Of a DNA stretch of 46,502 nucleotides, positions 36,790 to 46,502 are shown piece by piece. A model generated the notes under the pieces. That model did no database searches. It worked only from the letters and a program-made list of their open reading frames with translations, and had not been told where the DNA came from. The position numbers were made by a program, and so were the translations under genes. The DNA comes from a bacterium (GTDB lineage Bacteria; JAJRZV01): contig JAJRZV010000102.1 of NCBI GenBank assembly GCA_024275095.1, positions 1 to 46,502 of the forward strand. The letters are read 5' to 3'. The stretch's first letter is position 1. Each line of letters opens with the position of its first letter.

Positions 36790-37728
36790 ATGAAAGAAAT
36801 GCTTCAGAAAAAGTTAGACACGGGCATCTTTTACCTGGAGCCGGGAGAGACTCCCATTCACATAACCAGTGCCGGGCTTATGCTCTGTGGTCGAAAGAAA
36901 ATTTTCATTGATATAAGCATGGAAGGTGAGCTTTCGGAACAGCTCGTGCTCCGGGAAAATCCCGACATTCTTATCGCTTCGCATTATCACCTGGACCACA
37001 GCCTTTGGCTCAGGAGGGTCGAAAAAGACAACAGAGAGGTGTGGGCTCCGCACAAAGAGGAAGGTTACTTCAGTGACATAGAGCATTTTCTTGACGGTAC
37101 CGTGGGTTATGAAAGTCAGCTCAGGGACCAGTTCAGAACGGTATTAAAGTTCTTTCTTAAATGGGAACCCGTGGAAGGGTTCAGAACATTTTCTGAGGAG
37201 AAGGTTGACCTTGGCGACTTCACTCTCCACATCATACCCTCTCCAGGTCATTCCCCCGGACACAGTGCCTTTTATATACCGGAGAGAAAAATTCTGTTTT
37301 GCTGTGATATCGGAGTCGGGCAGTACGGGCCGTGGTACGGGTGGAGGGACAGCAGCATTCTTGAACATGTGGACTCTGTACTCAGGCTCAGAACGATCGA
37401 GGCCCAAGCGCTTGTAAGCAGTCACGATGGCATATTTACGAATCCCTATGAAAAACTTACAGACCTTCTTAGAGAATTTTTCATAAGAGAGGCAAAAATT
37501 TCAGAGGCCCTTGAGAAAGGGATATCACGCGAAAAACTGGTGGAGGATGGAATTTACTTTAAAAGCAAGCACAAAGTTTCTGAACCTCAACGGACTTTCA
37601 TTACTGTTCAGGATGAAAACATGCTCAATCATCACATGAAGGTGATACAGGAAGGCGGACTCAGGACATTTTTCCCTGACATCTGGCAGGAGTTTGAAAA
37701 AGATATAAAGAACAGCGTGTCTACATGA
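36790..37728 (+). CDS. MBL-fold metallo-hydrolase
   Basis: SHYHLDH, PGHSPGH, CCD and SSH motifs. Confidence 0.88.
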   Translation: MKEMLQKKLDTGIFYLEPGETPIHITSAGLMLCGRKKIFIDISMEGELSEQLVLRENPDILIASHYHLDHSLWLRRVEKDNREVWAPHKEEGYFSDIEHFLDGTVGYESQLRDQFRTVLKFFLKWEPVEGFRTFSEEKVDLGDFTLHIIPSPGHSPGHSAFYIPERKILFCCDIGVGQYGPWYGWRDSSILEHVDSVLRLRTIEAQALVSSHDGIFTNPYEKLTDLLREFFIREAKISEALEKGISREKLVEDGIYFKSKHKVSEPQRTFITVQDENMLNHHMKVIQEGGLRTFFPDIWQEFEKDIKNSVST

Positions 37729-37762
37729 CAGACGTAGGGGTTACTGCATCCGGGTTTCAGCA

Positions 37763-38848
37763 TTATCGGTGCAGTATTTTGACTTTTATATCCCAGGCCT
37801 CTGAAGGACATTGCTCATGACAGCAAAAACACGATATGCACTGCCTGTAGTCAAGCCGTGGATATTTGTCATGCATGGTCAGGGCAGAAACAGGACATGC
37901 CTTTACACAAATTTCGCATCCAGTACAGTATTTTTTTATGAGCACGGGCACACGCCTGCTCACAAAAAAGAATCCCACACTGTTAACAATACGCTGAATA
38001 ATTCCACCTGGTGCTGCGGCTGTAACAGGAAGTTTGAAGTCAAGAATAGAATGGAGCGGACCTTCCACTGAAAAATCATCTGCTTTACCCAGTTTCAGTT
38101 CTTCCGCGCGTCGAATCATGGGTAGTTCGTGGGGTTTCAGCCCTACCATCCGGGCCATTACAGCATCGAGAGCCACCACATCGTTTGATGCCATGAGCAG
38201 GCCCATGTTGCGCGGAGATCCCCCGGAGGGACCATTTCCTTCCATACCGATAATGGCATCCATAATTGTAAAGTCAGGAGGACGCACAGCACATACTTCA
38301 GCCATAAATTCAGAGAAATCTTTTGCGCTGGCATACCTGCGGTGAGCATTTGCTTTTTCACCACCTATGATAATACCGAACATGTTTTTGATGCCGCCTG
38401 TAATCATTGTAAGTGTATGAGTTTTAAACTTCGGAACATTTATAAGTACATCCGCATCCAGCACATCACGTGAGACCAGTATGTATCTATCCCTGATTTT
38501 TATTTGTACACCTTCTTTCGAAATGTTTTTATATGCATCTTTTGCTGCAGGCCCTATGCCAGAGACACGGGCCACTTTATCACTGATGGCGTATCCACCA
38601 ACTCCGGGATTATCACCTACAATAATTTGTGAAGCCCCTCTTTTTTTAAGGGCTTCAACCAGGGCGCTGATGATGGATGGATGGGTTGTGGCGGCTTTTT
38701 CAGGCTTGAAAAGCCCCAGCATGTTGGGCTTCACGAGAACCTTTCTTCCCTCTACGTTGATGTTGCCGGCGTCCAGCAACTCGTTGATGGCGGTGTTTAC
38801 GGTGGAAGAGGCGTAACTTATCGCTGATTTGATAACAACTCTGGACAA
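37763..38848 (-). CDS. DUF362 domain protein with C-terminal 4Fe-4S dicluster
   Basis: VLVKPN, TTHP, PKFKTH, KNMFG, MEGNGP, CTGCEIC and CISCFCC motifs. Confidence 0.88.
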   Translation of the reverse strand: MSRVVIKSAISYASSTVNTAINELLDAGNINVEGRKVLVKPNMLGLFKPEKAATTHPSIISALVEALKKRGASQIIVGDNPGVGGYAISDKVARVSGIGPAAKDAYKNISKEGVQIKIRDRYILVSRDVLDADVLINVPKFKTHTLTMITGGIKNMFGIIIGGEKANAHRRYASAKDFSEFMAEVCAVRPPDFTIMDAIIGMEGNGPSGGSPRNMGLLMASNDVVALDAVMARMVGLKPHELPMIRRAEELKLGKADDFSVEGPLHSILDFKLPVTAAAPGGIIQRIVNSVGFFFVSRRVPVLIKKYCTGCEICVKACPVSALTMHDKYPRLDYRQCISCFCCHEQCPSEAWDIKVKILHR

Positions 38849-38858
38849 TGCTTCCCCG

Positions 38859-39383
38859 TCAGAACTCGATCCCCTTTCGAGCGCTCACACCTTTTCGATA
38901 ATAGTGCTTGCGTTCGATCATCTCCGTTACGAGGTCGGCAGCTTTTATGAACGCGTCAGGGGCATAGCGACCGGTAAAAACAATTTCAGTCCCTGGCGGA
39001 CGTTTTTGAACAATATCCATCACTTCCTCAGCACTGAGAAGTCCGAAGTGAACTGTTACGTTAATTTCGTCGAACACGACAATGTCGTATTCTCCTTTTT
39101 CCACAACCTCCTGCATCCTTGCAAGGCCCTTCCGGGCCATTTCAAAATCAATCGGTCGAGGTTTTTCAGGATGTACAAATTCTTTAAGCCCGAACTGTTC
39201 GACAATGATGAGTGGGTGCAGTTTGTTTATTGCATGAAGTTCACCGTAGTCCTGACCTTTCATGAATTGGCCGATAAATGTTCTGTACCCTCGGCCTGCA
39301 GCCCTCAGTGCAAGGCCAAAAGCAGCGGTGGTTTTGCCTTTGCCGTTGCCAGTATATACCTGGATAAGTCCTTTTTCTTTCAT
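38859..39383 (-). CDS. cobO: Cob(I)alamin/corrinoid adenosyltransferase (CobO/BtuR/CobA type)
   Basis: YTGNGKGKTTAA, QFMKG, DEIN, TGR and ADLVTEM motifs; ATG at 39383. Confidence 0.92.
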   Translation of the reverse strand: MKEKGLIQVYTGNGKGKTTAAFGLALRAAGRGYRTFIGQFMKGQDYGELHAINKLHPLIIVEQFGLKEFVHPEKPRPIDFEMARKGLARMQEVVEKGEYDIVVFDEINVTVHFGLLSAEEVMDIVQKRPPGTEIVFTGRYAPDAFIKAADLVTEMIERKHYYRKGVSARKGIEF

Positions 39384-40051
39384 GGTAAAAGCACCTCCAG
39401 CGGGCATTTTGAAGCTTTCTTTTCCTGGATTTGACACAGGGGGTTGCTTTTTTTGCAGAATTCTTTTGCCGTACGAACCAGCAGTGCGTGATATTCAGCA
39501 TAAGTGCCGTGAGATGGTGTAAGACCCTGCGAGGCAACTTCCTGAAGTTCGTCATAAGAGCACGGGCCGTCGAGTGCACCATGCCTGGAGAGTATGCGGA
39601 AGGTATAAGCATCCACCACGAGTACCGGCATGTTGAGAGCGTAGCAGAGAATCGTGTCTGCTGTTTCCGGCCCTATTCCATGTACGGAAAGCAACAACTC
39701 GCGCGCTTCTGCAACATGATATTCCCGCAGTTTTTCGATAGAGCCTTCCAGATTTTTCGAAATGAACTCGCAGAATGCTTTCAGTTTTTTTGTTTTGGAC
39801 ACCGGGAATCCTGAAGGTTTGATAAGTTCTGCTATTTGCTCATCAGGGGCGTTTAGAATCTTCCGGGGAGTTAGAATTCCAGCGTTTTTGAGGTTGTTTA
39901 CAGACTTTTCTGCATTTTGCCACACCGTTCGCTGTGTGAGTATGGCACCAAAGGCAATTTCCAGAGGGGTCTCATCCTGCCACCAGTGCTGTTTTCCGTA
40001 ATGCCTGAGCAGGAGTTTAAAAGCCTGCTTATTAAATTCGGCAGCATTCAT
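39380..40051 (-). CDS. Endonuclease III-related HhH-GPD protein
   Basis: GAILTQRTVW, GIGPETAD.ILCYA and VVDAYT.R motifs, C-terminal Cys residues. Confidence 0.85.
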   Translation of the reverse strand: MNAAEFNKQAFKLLLRHYGKQHWWQDETPLEIAFGAILTQRTVWQNAEKSVNNLKNAGILTPRKILNAPDEQIAELIKPSGFPVSKTKKLKAFCEFISKNLEGSIEKLREYHVAEARELLLSVHGIGPETADTILCYALNMPVLVVDAYTFRILSRHGALDGPCSYDELQEVASQGLTPSHGTYAEYHALLVRTAKEFCKKSNPLCQIQEKKASKCPLEVLLP

Positions 40052-40824
40052 TTTACAATCCGTTTTTTCATTCTCCACGCTGCAATGAACGCTGCAGGAA
40101 TTGATACTCCGGCGAGAATAAGAGTTTTCAATACAATGGAGTACATAGAACCGTGAAGAGCTGAAGCCCGTGTGACATCAACAGCGTGGGTAATGGGCAA
40201 ACACTGCGCAGCGATTCTGAACACACGCGGCAGTTGCTCTACAGGAAAGAAGGCACCGCTGAAAAAGAATGCGGGTGTAACGATGACGGTGAAATAGTAG
40301 GAAAAGAAATCGAAATTTTTTGCAACAGATGTGGCTATAAGCGACAGCGAAGCAAAGAACAGACTCATAAAAAATAACGCGGGTAGTGCCAGAAGCACAG
40401 TAAAAGTATTAATGGCACCGAACACAGCAAATACCATCATCATGACCATGGCCATAATGCATGATTTAAGTGCACCCCAGAGTGCATCAGCAAATGCGAT
40501 TTCTTCGGGCATAACAGGAGTTGACGCGATGGCATCATACGCGCGGATCATTTCTAACCTGCTGAAAGATCCAAACGTGCACTCGTAGCAGGCCACGTTC
40601 ATGGCACCCACGGCGACGAGTCCCGGTGCCAGAAATAAAACATAATCGTGCCCCTGTATTCCGCCGATAAGTTTTTTGAAACCAAATCCGAAAGCCAGCA
40701 AAAACACCAGTGGTTCCCCGATTGCCCAGGCAAGAGCACTTGGCCAGGTTTTTAACCACACCAGCAGATGCCGCCTTACGACTAAAAGAGTAAGGGTTGA
40801 TATATTAAGAACGTCTTTTCTCAT
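40048..40824 (-). CDS. ABC-2 type permease, NodJ-like
   Basis: EP...LLAFGFG, FLAPGL and FFSGAFFPV..LP motifs. Confidence 0.85.
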   Translation of the reverse strand: MRKDVLNISTLTLLVVRRHLLVWLKTWPSALAWAIGEPLVFLLAFGFGFKKLIGGIQGHDYVLFLAPGLVAVGAMNVACYECTFGSFSRLEMIRAYDAIASTPVMPEEIAFADALWGALKSCIMAMVMMMVFAVFGAINTFTVLLALPALFFMSLFFASLSLIATSVAKNFDFFSYYFTVIVTPAFFFSGAFFPVEQLPRVFRIAAQCLPITHAVDVTRASALHGSMYSIVLKTLILAGVSIPAAFIAAWRMKKRIVK

Positions 40825-40828
40825 TTTC

Positions 40829-41788
40829 TCACTCCCTGATTTCCCGTCCGGTGAGCTTGATAAATACATCTTCCAGCGTGGCCTTGCGTAGACGAATGTT
40901 GTTCAACCCCATGCGCGCGAGTTCCCCGAGCAGATTTTCTCCTTCGTCAGCGTAATAAAGCGTTTTTTCAGCTGTTTGTTCAATATCAGCATTGAATTTT
41001 CTGGCCAGCTCTGTCATGCTTTTTTCTTCCTTTCCATCTCCGCGCAACATCTCTATCACAAACCTTTTTACGTGCTTTTTTATAAGTACTTCCGGGGAAC
41101 CTTCTGTGAGTATTTTGCCTCTGTCTAAAATAATCACTCTGTCAGCAAAACGGCTTGCTTCCTCGATGTAATGGGTGGTGAGTATCATGGTGAGTCCTGA
41201 TGCCTTGAAGGTCTCCAGTCGTTCCCATATAAAATGCCGTGCTTGAGGATCAAGGCCCGTTGTTGGTTCGTCGAGTATCAGCATTTGGGGTTGATTGATG
41301 AAAGCCCGTGCGATGGTCAGGCGGCGTTTCAACCCACCGGATAGATCTGCAATTTTCCATCGCTGAAAGCGCATAAGGCCAAAATCCTCCAGCAGTTTTG
41401 TGACACGCGCCTGTGCAGTGTTTTTGGGTATTCGAAAGTACGAAGCATAAACCATGAGGTTTTGCATTACTGAAAGATCTGGATCAAGACTGTTCTCCTG
41501 GGGAATGACACCGAGCACGCTTTTAATTTTTCTCCCATCTCGTAATGGGTCAAGACCCATGACCTCCAGATAGCCAGACGTGGGAGGATATACACAGGAG
41601 ATCATTTTTATAAGTGTGGTTTTCCCTGCTCCGTTGGGTCCGAGGAGCGCAAGGCATTCACCCTTTTTCACGTGGAAAGAGACCCGGTCGACAGCGACGA
41701 ACCGCCCGTATTGTTTGGTCAGGTTCTCCGCTATGACAGGGTGACCTTGTACTTTTTCAGCCCCTGAGGTGGCGGGGTTTAATTTCAT
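40829..41788 (-). CDS. ABC transporter ATP-binding protein, NodI-like
   Basis: [18 protein letters not shown] and [14 protein letters not shown] motifs; start approximate. Confidence 0.9.
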   Translation of the reverse strand: MKLNPATSGAEKVQGHPVIAENLTKQYGRFVAVDRVSFHVKKGECLALLGPNGAGKTTLIKMISCVYPPTSGYLEVMGLDPLRDGRKIKSVLGVIPQENSLDPDLSVMQNLMVYASYFRIPKNTAQARVTKLLEDFGLMRFQRWKIADLSGGLKRRLTIARAFINQPQMLILDEPTTGLDPQARHFIWERLETFKASGLTMILTTHYIEEASRFADRVIILDRGKILTEGSPEVLIKKHVKRFVIEMLRGDGKEEKSMTELARKFNADIEQTAEKTLYYADEGENLLGELARMGLNNIRLRKATLEDVFIKLTGREIRE

Positions 41789-42173
41789 TTTTGACGAATT
41801 CCACGATTTTGCTGAGGGGCGTACCAGGCAAAAACACTTCAAGCACTCCCTGTTCTTTGAGAAAGGGGATGTCCTCCTCAGGAATGATCCCTCCTGCAAA
41901 CACCGGTATATCTCCTGCCCCGCGTTCTCGAAGCAGTTGAATGATTCTGGGGATGTGTGTGTTATGCGCTCCTGAATGAATGCTTACGCCAATGGCGTCG
42001 ACATCCTCCTGAATAGCTGCTTCAACAATCATTTCTGGGGTCTGGTGCAATCCTGTGTAGATTACCTCGAATCCCGCATCGCGCAGGGCCCTGGCGATAA
42101 CTTTTGCACCTCTATCATGTCCATCAAGTCCAGGTTTGGCGATAAGAATTCTTACTACGGAATGATCACTCAT
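41757..42173 (-). CDS. icmB: Cobalamin-binding small subunit of acyl-CoA mutase (IcmB-like)
   Basis: [19 protein letters not shown] and GGIIP motifs. Confidence 0.8.
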   Translation of the reverse strand: MSDHSVVRILIAKPGLDGHDRGAKVIARALRDAGFEVIYTGLHQTPEMIVEAAIQEDVDAIGVSIHSGAHNTHIPRIIQLLRERGAGDIPVFAGGIIPEEDIPFLKEQGVLEVFLPGTPLSKIVEFVKNEIKPRHLRG

Positions 42174-42194
42174 GGTTAACCTCCTCTCTCAAGT

Positions 42195-43790
42195 TCAGAT
42201 GTACGCAGGATCAGTGTATGCACCATAGACCTCTTTAAGCGTTTCAATGATTTCTCCTTCTGTCACGTAGTTTCTTACACAATCAAGTATATATGGAATG
42301 AGATTCTTATCTTCTTCTGCGGCCCGACGCAGACTGCGTAGACATCGCGATACAGCGGTATCGTTTCTTTCTCTTTTTACCTGATTGAGCCGCGCTACCT
42401 GCTGTTTTTCTACTTCAGGATCAATGCGTAAAATCGGTATGGATCTGTCTTCGTCTATAACGTATTTGTTAACCCCAACGATGGTCCTTTCCCCCCGCTC
42501 AAATTCCAGTTGCTGTTTGTAGGCAGCATCGGATATTTCCTTTTGAGGATAGCCGTCTTCAATAGCAGCGAGCATCCCTCCCATGTTTTCGATTTTTTCG
42601 ATGTACTGCCATGCCTTTTCTTCCATTTCACTGGTGAGCTTTTCCACAAAATATGAACCACCCAGCGGATCTACAACATCTGCCACTCCGGATTCTTCTG
42701 CCAGGATTTGCTGAGTTCGCAGCGCCACGCGTACAGCTTCCTCGGTGGGCAGGGCGTAGGTTTCATCCATGGAGTTGGTATGTAGTGACTGGGTGCCACC
42801 AAGCACTGCAGCAAGAGCCTGGATGGTTACTCGCACAATATTATTCATTGGTTGCTGGGCCGTGAGGGTGCACCCGGCTGTTTGGGTGTGGAACCTGAGC
42901 CACATACTTCTTTCTTTTTTCGCTCCAAATTTTTCTTTCATAATTCTGGCCCACATTCTGCGGGCGGCCCGGAATTTCGCTATTTCTTCAAAAAAATTAT
43001 TGTGACAGTCGAAGAAAAAGCTCAGTCGCGGAGCAAATTCGTCAACGTCCAGTCCCCGACGGATTCCTTGTCTTACGTATTCAATCCCATCTGCGAGTGT
43101 AAAAGCCAGCTCCTGCACGGCTGTAGCACCTGCTTCCCGGATGTGGTAACCGCTGATGGAGATGGTGTTCCACTTGGGGAGATGCTTGGTGCAAAATTCC
43201 ACGATGTCTATAACAATTTTTACCGATGGCTCCGGAGGAAATATCCAGGATTTCTGAGCAATGAACTCTTTAAGCATGTCATTTTGTGTGGTACCCCCGA
43301 TGCAGTCATAAGGAACACCCTGCTTTTCGGCTGCTGCCACGTAAAGTGCCAGCAGGACGGCAGCCGGCCCGTTAATCGTCATGCTTGTGGTGATTGCGCC
43401 CATATCAATACCGTCAAAGATAATTTCCATGTCCCGGAGAGTATCCACTGCCACCCCGCACTTGCCGACCTCTCCACTGGCAAGGGGAGAGTCCGAGTCC
43501 ACACCCATGAGCGTTGGCATATCGAAGGCCATGGAAAGGCCTGTCTGGCCGTTTTCCAGCAGATACTTATACCGACGGTTTGTGTCCTCAGGTGTTCCAA
43601 AGCCGCTGAACTGTCTCATTGTCCAGAGGCGTCCCCTGTACATATTGGAATGAATGCCTCGAGTAAAGGGGAAACGCCCGGGAGCGTTGAGGTCTTTCTC
43701 GTAGTCCAGGTCGGCCACATCTTCAGGACTGTAGTGCTCTTTCAGTGGAATCCAGGAAAGGGTGGTGAAAACCTTTTTTCGTTCACTCAT
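42195..43790 (-). CDS. icmA: Acyl-CoA mutase large subunit with isobutyryl-CoA mutase signature (IcmA-like)
   Basis: [10 protein letters not shown] (Phe), [12 protein letters not shown] (Gln), [11 protein letters not shown] and GGTQSLHTN motifs. Confidence 0.8.
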   Translation of the reverse strand: MSERKKVFTTLSWIPLKEHYSPEDVADLDYEKDLNAPGRFPFTRGIHSNMYRGRLWTMRQFSGFGTPEDTNRRYKYLLENGQTGLSMAFDMPTLMGVDSDSPLASGEVGKCGVAVDTLRDMEIIFDGIDMGAITTSMTINGPAAVLLALYVAAAEKQGVPYDCIGGTTQNDMLKEFIAQKSWIFPPEPSVKIVIDIVEFCTKHLPKWNTISISGYHIREAGATAVQELAFTLADGIEYVRQGIRRGLDVDEFAPRLSFFFDCHNNFFEEIAKFRAARRMWARIMKEKFGAKKERSMWLRFHTQTAGCTLTAQQPMNNIVRVTIQALAAVLGGTQSLHTNSMDETYALPTEEAVRVALRTQQILAEESGVADVVDPLGGSYFVEKLTSEMEEKAWQYIEKIENMGGMLAAIEDGYPQKEISDAAYKQQLEFERGERTIVGVNKYVIDEDRSIPILRIDPEVEKQQVARLNQVKRERNDTAVSRCLRSLRRAAEEDKNLIPYILDCVRNYVTEGEIIETLKEVYGAYTDPAYI

Positions 43791-43916
43791 GCCACCACTC
43801 CTCGTGATTTTTACAGATTTTCTAAATAAATATTAACCCAACGGTCGACGAAATGGCCACGATTGTGTGCAATGAGGTGAATTTTATGATTGCAGGAGAT
43901 ATAAATGTTTTATGCC

Positions 43917-44759
43917 TTATTCAGCCTTCCCGGAAATGTCCACCAGTTCTTTAATGTTGAGAGTGATTTCAAGCTGATACTTTTTCCCTGTATCTGAAAG
44001 CGAAAAAATAATGGGCAGTGAAAGTGAGCCATCTGGCAGGATGCTGGGAGGCCCGGTGTCTTCTATAACAGCACGGGTGTTGGAAGAGGCCTGAGCCTTG
44101 GCTGCTGAAGTTGTATTATTCCGCTGGGCAGCCGCTTCTTCGCGTCTCATCTGTCTGACACGCTCTTCAAGGTCTTTGGCAGTGCGAAGCTTCTGTACGA
44201 CCAGTTTTGTGATACTGGTGAGGGTTTCAAGTACGCCCACTCCTTTTGTTGCAATGGCTTCAAAATACGGTACCCTGTTCTGATTCAGATGGTTGTTGAG
44301 TACATCCACGGGCAGCGCATTGTCCAGGTCGCGTTTGTTGTACTGAAATACGTGTGGAATTTTATCCAGCGAGAGCTTGTGGAAACCGAGGTTTTTATGA
44401 AGGTCCTTGAGACTGTCTATGTTTTCCTGAAGTTTATCCTCGGCTGAATCCGCCACGAACACCACGCCGTCAACGTTTTTCAATACGAGACGTCGGGTCG
44501 CACTGTAAAAGATCTGTCCCGGTACTGTATAAAGCTGGAAGCGAATACGCAGTCCCTTGATTTCTCCCAGCTCTATGGGGAGAAAATCGAAAAACAGAGT
44601 ACGCTCTGTTTGTGTGGAGAGCGTCATAAGTTTCCCTTTGTGTTCTGGTTTCAGCTTGCGATATATAAACTGAATGTTTGTTGTTTTGCCCGAGAGAGCC
44701 GGCCCGTAATATACAATTTTTGCATTAACTTCTTTAGCCTTTTCATTAATAAGCGCCAT
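43917..44759 (-). CDS. MglA-family small GTPase with C-terminal extension
   Basis: KIVYYGPALSGKTTN, TERTLFFDFLP, LYTVPGQ, FVADS and QYNKRD motifs. Confidence 0.9.
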   Translation of the reverse strand: MALINEKAKEVNAKIVYYGPALSGKTTNIQFIYRKLKPEHKGKLMTLSTQTERTLFFDFLPIELGEIKGLRIRFQLYTVPGQIFYSATRRLVLKNVDGVVFVADSAEDKLQENIDSLKDLHKNLGFHKLSLDKIPHVFQYNKRDLDNALPVDVLNNHLNQNRVPYFEAIATKGVGVLETLTSITKLVVQKLRTAKDLEERVRQMRREEAAAQRNNTTSAAKAQASSNTRAVIEDTGPPSILPDGSLSLPIIFSLSDTGKKYQLEITLNIKELVDISGKAE

Positions 44760-44762
44760 TTT

Positions 44763-45872
44763 TCACGCCTTCCTGGATTTTTTTTGTTCTTTCTGTTGAA
44801 GGATCTTTTTTGCCTGGTTAAGTACAGCAGAAGGGAGATTACGATTTTTCTTCACGCTTTTCAAATCTTTTTCCATCAGTGTGGGCAGTAATTTCATGGA
44901 GATGTGAATGGGTGTTTTTGGATTGTTAACAAGGGCAAGTTTGATACTGTAGCTTTTGACCCATTTTTTGTTGGAAGCAATGTACTGGAGCACTTCCGGA
45001 ATCACACTTCGCGAAGCAGCAATGGAAACAATTTCGTCTTCACGGAGCCGCGGATTGCGCAGTACTGAAAGTGCCACGATCTTGTTGGAGTCCTTGATAA
45101 GGATGGAGCGTGCATCTTCGCCACCTGTTTCTGCAAGTCTTATTTTCTCAGGCATGCTCATACGCAGCAAGCGTTTGTATATTGGTTCGTCTTTTTCCTT
45201 GGGTTTGGCTTCCGGTTTCTTTACAGTACCTGGCGCAGATTCCTTCTTTTGCGGAGGTAATTCTTCAACCTCCACCTCTTCAGCGACATCTGTTACTTCT
45301 ACATCCATGGTAGCAGGTTCTGGTGCAGCACCGGCTTCGACTTCTTTTTCTGGTTCTTCAGCAGGTACGGGTTGAACGGATATCCCTGTTAATTCACATA
45401 TGTAGTCTTTGACATGTTGAGGTGTTCCTGGTGCGTGCAGAATAAGCTGTGCAAGCTGAGAATCCTGGAGCACATCCCTTTGGCGTTTTGAAACTGCCTC
45501 CAGCAGGCCCGGAGAATGACCGTATCGCAGTACCGCCATGCGAAGCCCTGATGTGCTCAACATTCCCCGAGCGACGGCCTCTTCCACCACATCCGCCGGA
45601 GGAACCTTCAGCTTGATAAGCATCTCCATAATTTCATTCCCTAAGGATTGCAGGTACTTTTTCCACTCTTCTCTTTTTATGGAGGAGAGGCCTGCTAACG
45701 CTTTTTTTCTTACATTTTCATCAGGGTCACTCGATGCGAGTAACGCTCTTATCCCTGTAATTTCCGTAAAAGTTCCGGGCACCAGTCCATCCGCGGCCAT
45801 CAGGCGCGCTCTGAGGGGAGCGGATGGTTCAACAAATTTACCGAATCGTGTTTTTATTTCTTTCAGCTTCAC
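44763..45872 (-). CDS. Conserved hypothetical helical-repeat protein
   Basis: 369 aa with an acidic/Pro linker and C-terminal KIRLA...R.ILIKD.NK.V...VL.NPRL...LALVNNPKTP. Confidence 0.7.
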   Translation of the reverse strand: MKLKEIKTRFGKFVEPSAPLRARLMAADGLVPGTFTEITGIRALLASSDPDENVRKKALAGLSSIKREEWKKYLQSLGNEIMEMLIKLKVPPADVVEEAVARGMLSTSGLRMAVLRYGHSPGLLEAVSKRQRDVLQDSQLAQLILHAPGTPQHVKDYICELTGISVQPVPAEEPEKEVEAGAAPEPATMDVEVTDVAEEVEVEELPPQKKESAPGTVKKPEAKPKEKDEPIYKRLLRMSMPEKIRLAETGGEDARSILIKDSNKIVALSVLRNPRLREDEIVSIAASRSVIPEVLQYIASNKKWVKSYSIKLALVNNPKTPIHISMKLLPTLMEKDLKSVKKNRNLPSAVLNQAKKILQQKEQKKSRKA

Positions 45873-45898
45873 CGCGTTGCTGTTGTGTTTTTTACCTT

Positions 45899-46502
45899 TT
45901 AAAGATTTTTTACCTTCCCGCTGAAACCCTTGGACTTAAAAGTTCTAAGTGCTTTTAGAGCCTCATTACGGGTAATGAATTTTCCAGCTTCAATGGTATA
46001 GGTTGTTTCCGTTTTTGTCTTCACATCAATCCGCGTGTTGAAACCCTTTGCCTTCAATTTGTTTTTAAAAGCAGTTGCATCTGCCAGTGATTTAAATGAA
46101 CGAAGTATGATAACGTATTTACCACCTGATTTTTTCACCTGTGCGCCTTTTACACCACCCACAAGTTCTACCTTGAGCTTGGCTGCATTGGCCCTTCCCA
46201 TGCTGGGAAATGTCTCGGCAAGAAGCACCGAAAATTCCTCTTTCTTTACTGTCGCTGTTTTCACCTTTGTTTTAAGACCGAGGGATTTTGCAATATTAAG
46301 CACCCTGTTTTCCGCAGTTCCCCCTTTAACCGGACCTATTGTCAGGGTGAATTTAGGAGTCGGGGGAGATGCAGGTCGGGGTTTCGGTGCTGGTGCAGAG
46401 GCCACCTTTTGCGGCTTGGGTTGTGGAAGAGCAGGTTTTTTCTCAACCTGAGGTGGTGGAGAGGCCTGTGGTTGGGGCATTTCTGCCTTTGCCGTTTTCT
46501 GA
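45899..46502 (-). CDS. SPOR-domain protein, 5' end outside window
   Basis: Pro/Lys-rich linker followed by SPOR-like half repeats (F.S...A......L...G). Confidence 0.7.
   Translation of the reverse strand, partial: QKTAKAEMPQPQASPPPQVEKKPALPQPKPQKVASAPAPKPRPASPPTPKFTLTIGPVKGGTAENRVLNIAKSLGLKTKVKTATVKKEEFSVLLAETFPSMGRANAAKLKVELVGGVKGAQVKKSGGKYVIILRSFKSLADATAFKNKLKAKGFNTRIDVKTKTETTYTIEAGKFITRNEALKALRTFKSKGFSGKVKNL

Noticed and set aside
40048-41788. Nodulation genes nodI/nodJ
   Set aside because: Family resemblance only; no nodABC genes, and such ABC-2 pairs are widespread.
42852-43829. 325-aa plus-strand ORF
   Set aside because: Antisense shadow of the mutase gene.
43791-43916. Cobalamin riboswitch upstream of the mutase
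   Set aside because: The region is short and AT-rich, with no B12-box or GGGAA core visible.

Overview
Bacterial chromosomal window, mostly housekeeping and metabolic genes. Gene order (tRNA-Val-thrS-infC-rpmI-rplT-pheST-ihfA-merR-tRNA-Pro-surE-pcm-yqaA-nlpD, plus an MglA-like GTPase) suggests a Deltaproteobacteria-like lineage (inference). Left to right: a decayed IS256-family transposase; a 1323-aa lipoprotein made of about 11 Ig-like repeats; an intergenic array of REP-like palindromes; an APC permease-USP fusion; the translation/surE cluster; gcvT, folD and divIVA-yggU; an AlkP-family enzyme with cysC; an orphan TRAP binding protein; fadN-fadA; an Fe-S protein with a YwiC-like gene; a second REP-like array; and a B12-mutase operon. 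Most notable: (1) a well-folded tRNA-Pro with anticodon AGG (A34), very rare in bacteria, where tRNA-Pro(GGG) usually sits; (2) an archaeal/eukaryote-type METTL5-like N6-methyltransferase inserted antisense into the surE-pcm-yqaA-nlpD cluster; (3) two related composite REP-like modules; (4) a yggU gene with no canonical start (probably CTG); (5) a split acyl-CoA mutase with isobutyryl-CoA mutase residues; (6) a possible degenerate MetF-like protein between folD and gcvT. No CRISPR array, rRNA or prophage was seen. All family calls come from motifs recognised by eye, not from database searches.
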